From: the human T2T-CHM13v2.0 reference genome, Homo sapiens
Strand: one strand, 5' to 3'
NCBI RefSeq assembly: GCF_009914755.1
Contig: NC_060941.1
Length of the DNA stretch: 64,000 nucleotides
Positions 18,665 through 37,144 of this stretch are shown in pieces. Both the position numbers and the translations under genes were made by a program. Position 1 is the first letter of the stretch; every line of letters starts with the position of its first letter. Under the pieces are notes generated by a model. It worked only from the letters and a program-made list of their open reading frames with translations, did no database searches and was not told the DNA's origin.

Positions 18665-18890
18665 GGCCAGCCTGGGCAACACAGTGAGGCCCCATCTCTA
18701 CCAAAAAAAAAAAAAAAAAAAAAAAAAACCAGCCAGGTATGAGATCAGACACCAAGACTGGGGCAGGAGGATGGCTTGAGCCCAGGAGTGTGAGGCTGCA
18801 GTGAGCTGTGATTGTTTCACTACACTCCAGCCTGGGAAACAGAGCAAGACCCCAGTCTCTAAAAAATTTTTTTAATTAAAAAAATAAAAA
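18665..18890 (+). mobile_element. 5'-truncated AluJ-like
   Basis: Partial dimer within L1M. Confidence 0.85.
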
Positions 18891-19626
18891 ATGGGCAAAA
18901 GATCTGAATAGATATTTCTCATGTGAGGAAGATACACAAATGGCCAGTGAGCACATGAAAAGATGTTCAACATCATTAGCCACTAGGGAAATGCAAACCC
19001 AAACTGCAATGAGATAATACTTCATATTCACAAGAATGGCTAGAATCTGAAGTTAGGTTACAACAAGTGTTGATGAGGATGTGGAGTAATCAGAGCCCTC
19101 ATACACTGCTGGTGGGAATGTAAAATGGTGCAGCTGCTGTGGAAAACAATCTGGCAGTTCATCAGTTAAAAAGAGTTATCATATGCTCTAGCAATCCCAC
19201 TCCTAGGTATATGCCCAAGAGAAATGAAAACATATGTCCATACAGAAACTTGTACACAGATGTGTACAGCACCATTCATAATAGCCAAAAGACAGAAACA
19301 ACCTAAATGTCATCATTTAGGTGGATGAAAGGATAAAACACTATTATTATTTGGCCATAAAAAGGAATGAAGTGCTAACACAGGCTATGACATGGATAAG
19401 CCTTGAAAACATTATGCTAACTGAAAGAAGCCAATCACAAAGACAACATATGATCCCACTCATAGGCCAGTCCAGAATAGGGAAGTTATAGAGACAGAGA
19501 TTAGTGTTTGCTTAGGATGAGGTGAGGTGTTGGGTGGGATAGAGTGGTCATAGATAAAGGGGTTTCTTTCTGAGGTGATGAAAATTTTCAAAAACTGACT
19601 GTGGTGTTGGGTGCATATATCTGTGA

Positions 19627-19954
<328 letters not shown>

Positions 19955-20335
19955 GAAAAAAATCTTTAAAAGATCATCCTGTGAGAAGCACCTGAACATA
20001 CACTCCTCTGATTTGGGTTCTAACCATGGACACTTTTGCTACAGTCAGTGTAAGGACCAGCCTGGATCAGGCCTAATCACAGGCTGGATTCCCTGCACCA
20101 GTACTTTTCATATGTTAGTACTTAACAGAATCACCCAAGAGCCTGTTAAAAAACACACAGTCCTGACTATCTCAAGAGAGACTGAGTAGGACAGAGATGA
20201 AACCCACAAATCTACTATGCTTAAGTTCCCACATGAATCTAGTGCAAGTGGTTAGCAACCACATTTGCTACAAATAGTTCTCTGCACTGTTATCTAGACA
20301 AAACCCATCAGATTTAGCCTTCACTTCTAAATAAA

Positions 20336-20443
20336 TTTTTTTTTCAAAGCAATGAAAGAAAGAAGCAACAAAAGCACAGATTTATTGAAACGAAAGTACA
20401 CTCCATAGAGTGAAAGCAGGCTCAAGCAAGCAGCTCAAGAGCC
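20336..20443 (-). mobile_element. Polyadenylated ERV1-LTR-like 3' fragment with TSD
   Basis: Minus strand ...GGAGTGTACTTTCGTTTCAATAAATCTGTGC...CTTTG-A9; direct repeat CTAAATAAATT at 20327-20337 and 20444-20454. Confidence 0.65.
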
Positions 20444-20938
20444 CTAAATAAATTCTAAATTCTAAAATGTTGAATATTATGTCATAGTAATAGAAAAAAA
20501 AAAACAAAATAGCCTTCAAACTTCTGACAGGTGAAGAGCAGACCAAAGGTAATTGCAGAATTTCCAGACTTCTCATTTGACCAAAAGGGCTATTCAATTA
20601 TAGACAAAAGAAACATAATTAGCTAAAAAAGTACAGAGCAGAACCGCATCATTATATAGTGACCCACTATAAATCAAAAGGTCTCAGTACAGACCACACC
20701 ACTAAGAATATTTAATCTTGCACAATTTTATGGTTATAAGTCAGAACCTTATGTTCTGACTAGCCCATTAGCTTTCCAGATTCTAGTTAAAACCCATCTT
20801 CAAACTGAAGAGATTTTGTATAAACAATATATAGCTGAAGATATCTACCACTAAGAAAGAAGCTTTATAAAATTAGGAAAATGGCTTTTAGAATTTACAA
20901 AAGAAATTCTAAAATGCACAAATGAAGTAATAGCCGAC

Positions 20939-21107
20939 TTTCTTTTTTTTTTCTTTCTTTTCTTTCTTTCTTTTTTTATTAAAAAGAGACAAGGTCTTGT
21001 TCTGTTGCCCAGGTTGGCCTTGACCTCCTTGGGCTCAAGCAATCCTCCTGCCTTATAGTCTCCCAAGTAGCTGGGGACTACAGACATGTGCCACAGCATT
21101 TGGCTAA
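20939..21107 (-). mobile_element. Alu monomer or fragment
   Basis: T-rich tail plus a partial arm. Confidence 0.8.
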
Positions 21108-22214
21108 TAGCAAACATTTTAAATAGTAAATACATATAAATTAAAAACATCTGAAAGTTTCCAAAGCAGCCCCCACCCCCACCTCACCTATAAAAGGAAT
21201 TCTAAGTGCAGAAAAGATGCCCCAAAGTTTATAAACTGCTTCCCTGGTGTGGATGAGGGTGTTGCTCTTTAGACCTTCAGGTTATTTACTCTTAATTCCT
21301 GAAAAGTCTGGTTTTCTAGTTGGAAGCAGATAGGAAACAGCAAAGTAAAAGTAAAAGCTGCTAGAGGAAGGCACAATGACAGTAGGGAATGTCAACAGCC
21401 ACCACTGTGACAATGAAGAGGAAGATTCAGTAAAGCTATACAAAGTAGACCCAAGTTGGTCTGAAGGTTGTGGGTCACTGTTAAGCTCATTAACATTGTC
21501 TCGACCATGACTGACTAGCTTAAATTTTTTTTTTGTAAATTAAAATAAAATAAAAAGTAGACAAAAACAATAAACATAACAATCTTACTAGGAAAAGAAG
21601 TTCCTAAGGGCATTTCTGTACTAGAGCTCACTGTAATATTATCCAACCTTCCAAATCTCTCTCTCTCTGTCCTCTGGAACCTCTCTCCTCCCATTTCCTC
21701 CAGAAACTTGCTCCATGAATCATTCCCTCTTCCCTACCCTCTTCCCGTACCCTTTTCTTTCCTAATGATCACTTCCCCTCAGCAGAAAAATATTCTCAGA
21801 TCTCTTCCAAATAACCAAAAAGAGCCCTTCTCTCACCCTAAATTTCCCTCTAGCTACTCTTCCTTTCCTTGATACTAGGTTTTAAAAGAACAGTCTCTAC
21901 TTGCTACTTTCCTTTCCTCACCACTAATTTACCTTCTAACCTGCTGCAACTGGTCTTCTGATCACCCACTCCACCAAAGTTGATCTTACGAAAGTCACTA
22001 GTATCCTAACTGCCAAAGTCAATGGACTTTCTACTCTTCCTTCTCTTCACCTCCTCAATACATCTGACCCAACAGTGCACACTTCCTTCCTGAAACTCCC
22101 TCTTTGCTTAGAGTCTGTGATGCCACACTCACCAGAATTTCATCCTAACTAGAGTACCTAGTCCTGGAATGTCAATGGAATTTAGGCAAAAAAAAAGGGG
22201 GGGTGGGGGAGAAT

Positions 22215-22580
22215 TGCTATAGTCTGAATGCATCCCCCCAAAATTGATATGCTGAAACTTAATCACCAACATGATAGTATTAAGAGGTCAGGCCTTCAGG
22301 AAGTAAGTCATGAGGATAGAGCTCTCGTGAATGGAATTAATGACCTTATACAAGAAGTGCCATATAACTGTTCACCCGTTTTCCCCTTTTGCTATATGAG
22401 GACACCACATTTGTTCCTTCTACATGAGGATGCAGCAAGAAGGCTTTTCCCAGACACCGAATCTGCTGGCACCTTGTCTTGGACTTCCCATCCTCCAGAA
22501 CTGTGAGAAATAAATTTCTATTATTTATAAATTACCCATTCTGTGGTATTTTGTTATAGTAGCAGGAATGAGACTATGAC
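22215..22580 (+). mobile_element. MLT1/MST MaLR solo LTR
   Basis: TGCTATAGTCTGAATG...CCAGAACTGTGAGAAATAAATTTC...GACTATGACA. Confidence 0.8.
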
Positions 22581-23250
22581 AAGGGTACATGATCAAATAC
22601 TTTTGGGAAATGTGGTATTAAAGTTAAGTATTTTTCTTTACTACAGATTTTCTCAGATCTTCAATATACTGAGGTGTATTGTGACTCTACAAGATGAGTT
22701 TCTCCAATGTTTTCCCAAATTTCTTGACTATTAAATTCTTCCATCCCTTTTAAAGAACTATCTTAAATAACAAATTGAGTTGGGAAACACATTTTGGGTT
22801 AACATTGCTCTTGATGTTCTTTTTCAGTCTTATTTGCAGGATTTTCCTTCATTAGTCTCCCAAATGTCCCATTCCCCAAAAGTCTATCTTTAGGCTTCTC
22901 TCATCTCACACCTTAGTCACCTTTTAGTTCTCCACTTGTCTCATGTTACGTTCTCCATAAGTGATCTCATTCATATCCTCATGGCTTCAGTACAGCTTTA
23001 GAGCCTATAAGTTTCTCTGCCACTTACTGTGTAAGCTTGGATCTTGGTTTCTTAATTTATAAAATGAGAATAATAATAATTCCTAAGTACTAAATGACAT
23101 ATATAAAGTTTCTGCCACAGTACCTGACATATTTATGCAAAGGCTCAATAAATGGTCACTATCATTTTTTCTTTCTCCAGCCTAGATCTCCTTGCTGAGT
23201 AACACATGTATCTCTTCAGCTTGGGACTTTCCTTTGCTTGTTTTGTATAT

Positions 23251-23574
23251 AGTCATCTCTTGGTATCCACAGAGGATTGATTCCAGGACCCCTACAGATA
23301 TCAAAATCCACAGATGCCCAAGTCCCTGTTATAACATGGCATAGTATTTGCATATAAGCTATGCACATGCTCCTGTACACTTTAAATCATCTCTAGATTA
23401 CTTACGATACCTACTTCGATGTAAATACTATGTAAATAGCTGTTATACTATTTTTTAATTTGTATTATTTTTATTATGGTATTGTTATTTTTATTGGGGT
23501 TTTCCCAAATAGTTTCAATCCACAGTTGGTTGAATCTGCAGATGCAGAACTTCCAGCTACAAAGGACTAACTAT
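23251..23574 (+). mobile_element. MER2 (TcMar-Tigger) DNA transposon
   Basis: GGTATCC...TTCCAGGACCCC...TTTAAATCATCTCTAGATTAC...GGTTGAATCTGCAGATGCAGAAC. Confidence 0.85.
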
Positions 23575-23999
23575 TTACCTCCAACTCAAGATGTTCACCA
23601 CCCACTCCCACCACTTAAACTGGCCCCAGTATTCTTTACCTCAGGGTATGGAACCACAATCTACCTAGATGCCTAAATCTGGAACACTGAAGCCATATTC
23701 TAGACCCTTCCTTCTCAATTACCATCCTTCCACCTTCCCCCAATTAAGTAACTAAGTACATCTAGCTCCACCCCCGCCCCCCCAATACAGCTTCAGATGT
23801 GCAAATCTGATCATACTTAAATTCTTCCATATTCCTCATGGTTTTCAAGACAAAATTCAAACTGCTATCACATAAGGCTCTTCATGATCTAGCCTCTTGA
23901 GTCTCATCTCCCATCATGCCCCTTCTCTGACATAGACTCTCCACTCCAACCACATAAAATCACATGTATTTCTACAAATGGCTATGCTGTCATGTTTTC

Positions 24000-25935
24000 A
24001 TATATTCTATTTATAGATAGATGTATTTTATACATTCTATTTTATTTATAGATCGCAGAATGTATAAAATACATTATACATATATTTTATATACATTATA
24101 TTATATATTATATATATTTTATAAATACATTTTATATATACATTATATATACATTTTATATATGAAATATATAAAATATATTTTATATATACATTTTATA
24201 TATGAAATATATAAAATATATTTTATATATACATTTTATATATGAAATATATAAAATATATTTTATATATACATTTTATATATGAAATATATAAAATATA
24301 TTTTATATATACATTTTATATATGAAATATATAAAATATATTTTATATATACATTTTATATATGAAATATATAAAATATATTTTATATATACATTTTATA
24401 TATGAAATATATAAAATATATTTTATATATACATTTTATATATGAAATATATAAAATATATTTTATATATACATTTTATATATGAAATATATAAAATATA
24501 TTTTATATATACATTTTATATATGAAATATATAAAATATATTTTATATATACATTTTATATATGAAATATATAAAATATATTTTATATATACATTTTATA
24601 TATGAAATATATAAAATATATTTTATATATACATTTTATATATGAAATATATAAAATATATTTTATATATACATTTTATATATGAAATATATAAAATATA
24701 TTTTATATATACATTTTATATATGAAATATATAAAATATATTTTATATATACATTTTATATATGAAATATATAAAATATATTTTATATACACATTTTATA
24801 TATGAAATATATAAAATATATTTTATATACACATTTTATATATGAAATATATAAAATATATTTTATATACACATTTCATATATAAAATGTATTTTATATA
24901 CACATTTCATGTATAAAATGTATTTTATATACACATTTCATGTATAAAATGTATTTTATATACACATTTCATGTATAAAATGTATTTTATATACACATTT
25001 CATGTATAAAATGTATTTTATATACACATTTCATGTATAAAATGTATTTTATATACACATTTCATGTATAAAATGTATTTTATATACACATTTCATGTAT
25101 AAAATGTATTTTATATACACATTTCATGTATAAAATGTATTTTATATACACATTTCATGTATAAAATGTATTTTATATACACATTTCATGTATAAAATGT
25201 ATTTTATATACACATTTCATGTATAAAATGTATTTTATATACACATTTCATGTATAAAATGTATTTTATATACACATTTCATGTATAAAATGTATTTTAT
25301 ATACACATTTCATGTATAAAATGTATTTTATATACACATTTCATGTATAAAATGTATTTTATATACACATTTCATGTATAAAATGTATTTTATATACACA
25401 TTTCATGTATAAAATGTATTTTATATACACATTTCATGTATAAAATGTATTTTATATACACATTTCATGTATAAAATGTATTTTATATACACATTTCATG
25501 TATAAAATGTATTTTATATACACATTTCATGTATAAAATGTATTTTATATACACATTTCATGTATAAAATGTATTTTATATACACATTTCATGTATAAAA
25601 TGTATTTTATATACACATTTCATGTATAAAATGTATTTTATATACACATTTCATGTATAAAATGTATTTTATATACACATTTCATGTATAAAATGTATTT
25701 TATATACACATTTCATGTATAAAATGTATTTTATATATACATTTCATGTATAAAATATATAAAATATATTTTATAAAAATATTGCATAGCTTATATGCAA
25801 ATACTATGCCATGTTATAACAGGCACTTGGGCATCTGTAGATTTTGGTATTTTATAAAATATATTTTATTTTAAATATATTTTGGCATTTTATAAAATAC
25901 ATTATAAAATGTATTTTATACATTCTTTTATCTAT
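24000..25935. repeat. AT-rich palindromic minisatellite: ~18 x 40 bp (24161-24880) then ~29 x 31 bp (24871-25760), with AT-rich flanks
   Basis: Units TATGAAATATATAAAATATATTTTATATATACATTTTATA and ACATTTCATGTATAAAATGTATTTTATATAC read directly. Confidence 0.97.
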
Positions 25936-26441
25936 ATGGTCCATTCAATCCCATTCCCACTTTATTGCTGGTCTTTTTCATTTCATTTTAATTACATGAT
26001 ATTCTAATCCTATCCTTTAAATTTTCTATGTATCATATGTAAAATGCAGCCTACACATTTAAATATTCATTCTCAACCTATTTAATATTACAAAATACAA
26101 GCAATTCATCCACTATGCTTAGGTAAAATTATCAACTCCAGAACTGTCTTATTTTAGTAATGAGTAAGTCTGTAATTAAATGAGATTAACAGTTCTTCAC
26201 TGACATCTATTTATTACCTATTTATCATATTCCAGACACTAAGGGGGGTACGAAAATGAACAAGAAAGGTTCCTGACCTCAATCTAATGTGATAGGGTGA
26301 CAAAAATACTACTGTAATGCTATAAAGACATACATATATGGGTGTGTATATATATATTTATATAATTTCTATGAGAACAAAGAGGAATAAATAACTCACT
26401 TAAGTAGTTACAAAAGAATTAGAACAAGCTCTAAATAAAAC

Positions 26442-30617
<4,176 letters not shown>

Positions 30618-31004
30618 CAATGTTTTCTCTCTCAGTAAGATGAAATTTTTTACTTAAGAGTTAGATTAGGATAAAATTCAATCACTATCAAGATAAATTC
30701 CTGTTTCTAAACAAGTGACAAGTTTTTGTATTCCTCTGTTGCAAAGCCTCACAGTATAACAGGATGTGGGCATACTTAAATTTTAAGTAAAAATTCTAAG
30801 TAGTCAAAAAGGCAAACATTAGAATATTCAGGAAAATCCAGCAATATATGCTCATGAATACAATATAGGTTTGTTGAGTCTAACCATCCCATTTCACAGA
30901 CGTTCTTTGACCTCTGATTAACAAGAAATGGTTCTTCCTCTAAACTGCTACAAGAGAGAGAAATGAACTTTAATCTTACTAATATGTCTCAGTGTGCTGA
31001 GGCT

Positions 31005-31449
<445 letters not shown>

Positions 31450-32204
31450 TAACTAATAAGGCAGAAATGGCAATGAATGTACACTACTTTCTGAAAGATA
31501 TGATACATGAAACTTAAAAATTAGTTTCCAAAATTCACATTTAATATGCTGTAAGGTCTCTTCTTTACTCAATTGCAAAGTAAAATACCAACTCATATAG
31601 ATGCATAAAAGCAGCTTTGTTATGAGTGTGTCATAACTACTTTAAAATAGCAACCCCATGAATGTTCACCTTAGATTGTTTTCTAGAATCCCCATCACTA
31701 TGGTAGCCATATACCCCAGTTTGCCCGTTCTAGTTAACACTTGTTGCACAGTGAAATGATCACTAGCATTCCTTTTATTCCATTATTATCCTGGAATAAA
31801 ATTTTTGAATAGCAAATTATAAGTTCACCCTACCTATCATCTACTTTCTGTTGCCCTTAAAAAAAAAAACCCCAATAATTTGTCTTTTCATTCTGGAGGT
31901 CAGTTTCTATCATTTAACATCTTTAATATCTTTAGGAAAAAAAGGTATCCAGTTTTAACTACTCAGTCTCTGAGAGTAATTGGCTAAAAATATTCTTCAA
32001 TTTTACTATTAATGTACCTCTTCCCCCCTCCCTCACCCCCATATTTGCTGTGAAAGAACACCCTTGCCTTCTTTAGCTCAGAAATTTTTTAAAAAGGACA
32101 TCGTAGAGGCATCTAGGAGAGGTAGGAAAAATGGACCAATTCTGTATTAATTTTCCATGGTGAATACTTTTTGAGACTATCTCAAGGTAAAAACATAGAA
32201 TTCA

Positions 32205-32520
<316 letters not shown>

Positions 32521-33248
32521 TATATATATACACACACATATATGTGTATATATATTTATATATTAAAAATATATTTATATATTTAAAATATAATTTCAAA
32601 ATATATTTAAAATATATATATATAAATTAAAAATAATGAATACTTTTTAACCAACACAACAGAATATATATTTTTAAAAGTGTTCCCTTCAAATAGTCAT
32701 TTTGAGAAGTTCTATGATATACCACAACTTGAAGCATTTTCAGAATATCTGCTTGGAAACTGTGTTTAAGCCAGTTCAAGATTTACCAAAAAAAAAAAAA
32801 ATCATTTCACTAACTTATAGACAAGCCTATTTTTACTGCCTTTCCTTTACTAAAATTATTAATTTTGTGAATAATTCTCCATGGCCAAGAGCCCCTTCTC
32901 TGTTCTGCATCTCCCTGATAAATCCCTTAGTCTTTTGATGTGCCATCTGCCCCAGTGCTATGTATCAACCATTCCTCTACAGCTCTGAAAGCAGGAACTG
33001 ATTATTTCGCTCTTTTTCCCCTAGGGGCTGAAGTACAAGACACTCAATTAAGATGTTTGGGATTAATTAATTAATATTCACCAAATATGGATACAAGTTA
33101 TTTTTGGCTATTTCCAAAAATCAAATTTACCTTCAAAGGAAGATTTGCTACCCTTGGAAATATTTAAAAGAATTGAAGGCGATGCCAGAAAAAGGAGCTC
33201 CAAAGATGCTAAACAAATGTTGCATCATTTGCATAAATACATTATCCA

Positions 33249-36200
33249 ACATACACCCTCCTGAGACTGAACCAGGAAGAAAATGAATCCCTGAATAGAC
33301 CAATAATGAGTTCTGAAATTAAGGCAGTAATAAATAGCCTACCAACCAAAAAAAAAGCCCAGGACCAGATGGATTCACAGCTGAATTTACCAGAGGTACA
33401 AAGAAGAGCTAATACCATTCCTACTGAAACTATTCCAAAAAATTGAAAAGGAAAGACTCCTCCTTAATTCATTCTATGAGGCCAGCACCATTCTGATACC
33501 TAAACCTGGCAGACATACAACAAAAAAAGAAAAATTCGGGCCAATATCCTTGGTGAACATCGATGGAGAAATCCTTAATAAAATACTGGCAAACTGAATC
33601 CAGCAGCACATCAAAAAGCTTATCCACCACGATCAAGCTGGCCTCATCCCTGGGATGCAAGGTTGGTTCAACATATGTGAATCAATAAATGCGACTCATC
33701 ACATAAACAGAACTAAAGACAAAAACCACATGATTTTCTCAATGGATGAAGAAAAGGCCTTTGATAAAATTCAAAATCCCTTCAGGTTAAAAACTCTCAA
33801 TAAACTAGGTATTGAAGGAACATACCTCAAAATAATAAGAGCCATATATGACAAATCCACAGCCAATATCATACTGAATGGGTAAAAGCTGGAAGCATTC
33901 CCCTTGAAAACCGGCACAAGACAAGAATGCCTTCTCTCACCACTCCTATCAACACAGTATTGGAAGTTCTGGCCAAGGCAATCAGGCAAGAGAAAGAAAT
34001 AACAGGTATTCAAATAGGAAGACAGGAAGTCAAATTACTTTTGTTTACAGATGACATGATCATATGTCTAGAAAACCCCATTGTCTCAGCCCCAAAGCAT
34101 CTTAAGCTGATAAGCAACTTCAGCAATGTCTCAGGATACAAAATTAATGTGCAAAAATTGCTAGCATTTCTATACACCAACAACAGGCAAGCAGGGACAA
34201 ATCATGAATGAACTCCCATTCACAATTGCTAAAAAAGAATAAAATACCTAGAAATACAGCTAACAAGGGAAGTGAAGGACCTCTTCAAGGAGAACTACAA
34301 ACCACTGCTCAAAGAAATCAGAGAGGACAGAAACAAATGGAAAAGCATTCCATGCTGATAGGAAGAATCAATATCGTTAAAATGGCCATATTACTTAAAG
34401 TAATTAATAGATTCAATGCTACACCCACTAAACTATCATTGACATTCTTCACAGAATTAGAAAATCTATTTTAAAATTTATATGGAACCAAAAAAGAGCC
34501 TGAATAGCCAAGACAATCCCAAGCAAAAAGAACAAAGCTGAGGCATTACACTACCCAACTTCAAACTATACTACAAGGCTACAGTAACCAAAACAGCACA
34601 ACACTTGTACAAGAACAGACACATAGATCAATGGAACAGAATAGAGAACTCAGATATAAGACCACACACCCATGACTGATGGTGGCAACTGCTCCAGTCA
34701 GCCTGCCATCACTTGCCCAGCAGGGAGGTGTGGCTGGGGCTGCATGCTCCAAGACGCAAGCAGGAGCCCTGCTCTCCTGGGTGAGGCTGCAGCCACCCAA
34801 GTTGTAGCTGCAGGTCTGAGCCTCCTTGTGCTTTTGGGGAGCTGGGAGCAGGCAGGAGCCACCACTCCTCAACCCAGATGTGCCTGCCCCTGCTGCCTGG
34901 CTTCTCCCTGCTGTCCACAACTGCTCAGATCTTGGAGCAAAGTCAGGCGAGCCTGAGTGTCATTGAACAGCAGTGGGAGGCAGACAGAGTGCCAGGTGGA
35001 AGGGGGCGGGTCCCTGGTAAGGTCCCTCCCTCAGGCCAGGGAGGGCCTGTGGGCTGGGGGCTGGGCTGCCAGTCCCATGGACCAGAGTGGAAACTGGTGC
35101 CTTTCTCAGGACTGCCCATGGGCCAATCTGCATGCACTTCCTCACCTCTGAGGCCCATAAAACCCTGGGCTCAGCCAGAGCTGAGCAGACAACTGAACTG
35201 GATGACTAACTGCAGAAAGGAGCTACCCTCTCTGCTGAGAGTTTCAGAGACCTGCAGAGATCACCAAATGACCTGCCTGCAGAGAAGAACTACCCTCTCC
35301 AGGGCCTCCTCTCTGATGAGAGCTGAACACTCGATGGATGACCTGCCTGCCTACAGAGGGGAGCTACCCACTGCGGGTCTCCTCTGAGCAGTTGTAAACC
35401 TAAATAAAGCTCTTCTTCGTCTTCTTCACCCTTCATTTGTCTGCATACCTCATTCTACCTCATTCTTCCTGGATGGACAAGAACTCAGGCAAAGGCATAA
35501 CTGGCCACAGAGGTTTCCAAAAATTGACACCCAAAGATCCCGTAACACAACCATCTGAACTTAACCTGACAAAAACAAGCAATGAGGAAAGGACTTCCTA
35601 GTTAATAAATGGTGCTGGAAGAACTGGCTAGCCATATGCAGGAAATTGAAATTGGACCCCTTCCTTACACCACATGCAAAAATTAACTCAAGATGGATTA
35701 AAGACTTAAATGTAAAACCCAAAACTATAAAAACCCTAGAAGAAAATCTAGGCAATACCATTCAGGATATAGGCATGGACAAAGATTTCATGACAAAAAC
35801 GCCAAAAGCAAGTGCAACACAAGCAAAAACTGACAAATGGGATCTAACTAAATTAAAGTGCTTCTGCACTCCAAAATAAACTATAATCAGAGCAAACAGA
35901 CAACCTATAAAATGGGAGAACATTTTTGCAATCTATCCATCTGATAAAGGTTAATATCCAGAGTCTACAAGAAACTTAAACAAATTTAAAAGAAAACAAA
36001 CAAACAACCCCATTTAAAAAGTGGGCAAAGGACATAAACAGACAATTCTCAAAAGATGACATACATGCGGCCAATAAACATATGAAAAAAAGCTCAACAT
36101 CACTGATCATTAAAGAAACGCAAATCAAAACCACAATGAGAAACTATCTCATGCCAGTCAGAATAGCTATTGTTAAAAAGTCAAAAAACAGATGCTGGTG

Positions 36201-36860
36201 AAGTTGTGGAGAAAAAGGAACATTTTTACACTGCTGGTGGGAGTGTAAATTAGTTCAACCATTGTGGAAGACAGTGTGGCAATTCCTCAAAGACTTAGAG
36301 GCAGAAATAAAATTTAACCCAGCAATCCCATTACTGGTATATACCCAGAGGAATATAAGTCATTCTGTTATAAAGATACATGCACACGTATGTTGACTGC
36401 AGCACTATCCACAGTAGCAAAGACATGGAATCCATCTAAATGCCCATCATTGATAGACTGGATAAAGAAAATGTGGTACATACATACCATGGAATACTAT
36501 GCAGTCATAAAAAGGAATGAGATCATATCTTTTGCAGGGAAATGGATGGAGTTGGAAGCCATTATCTTCAGCAAAGTCACACAGGAACAGAAAACAAAAT
36601 ACTGCACGTTCTCTCTTATAAGTGGGAGAGAACATGTGGGACACATGGTGGGGAAGTACACACACTGGGGCCTGTTGGGGGTGGAGTGGGGGGAGGGAGA
36701 ACATCAGGAAGAATAGCTAACGTATGCTGGGCTTAATACCTAGGTAATGGGATGATCTGTGTGGCAAACCATCATGGTACATGTTTACTTATGTAACAAA
36801 CCTGCACATTCCTGCACATGTATCCCTGAACTTAAAAGCTGAAGGAAAAAAAGAAAAAAA
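33249..36860 (+). mobile_element. 5'-truncated older primate L1 (L1PA13-16 class), interrupted by an LTR
   Basis: Degenerate ORF2 ([12 protein letters not shown]); 3' UTR GAATAGCTAA...GGGCTTAATACCTAGG; diverged TSD AAATACATTRTCYA at 33235-33248 and 36859-36872. Confidence 0.93.
34677..35547 (+). mobile_element. Solo ERV1 LTR, MER52-like, nested in L1 ORF2
   Basis: GC-rich block with TG...CA termini that splits the L1 sequence CACACC/CAACCATCTG; TATA-like CATAAAA (~35156); AATAAA 35403-35408; terminus GATCCCGTAACA. Confidence 0.8.
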
Positions 36861-37144
36861 ATACATTGTCTATTTTCCTTAGGCACTAGAGAGCAGTCTT
36901 TCGAATATACAAGCTCTGTTATGTTTGTTAAAAGAATGAGTCTTATTGCCCCATGGCCTAGAGCTCCTTAACTAACTGAAATCTTCCAAATAAAGAAAGA
37001 AAAAACTCAGTCCAGAGCCAAACTGGCTATTCTTCATCAATATCTGGCCTTAAAAGTGTTCTTACTTTTAAAGACTCTAATTCTTCTCTCCCAGATAAAA
37101 CTGCCAATCAGTCAGTGTCAAAATGCATCAACCCTGACAAAACC

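Noticed and set aside
24161-25760. Regular array superficially like CRISPR
   Set aside because: Head-to-tail units with no unique spacers, no cas genes, eukaryotic context
34579-35387. Cluster of ORFs up to 169 aa
   Set aside because: Lie within a GC-rich LTR; no recognisable protein family
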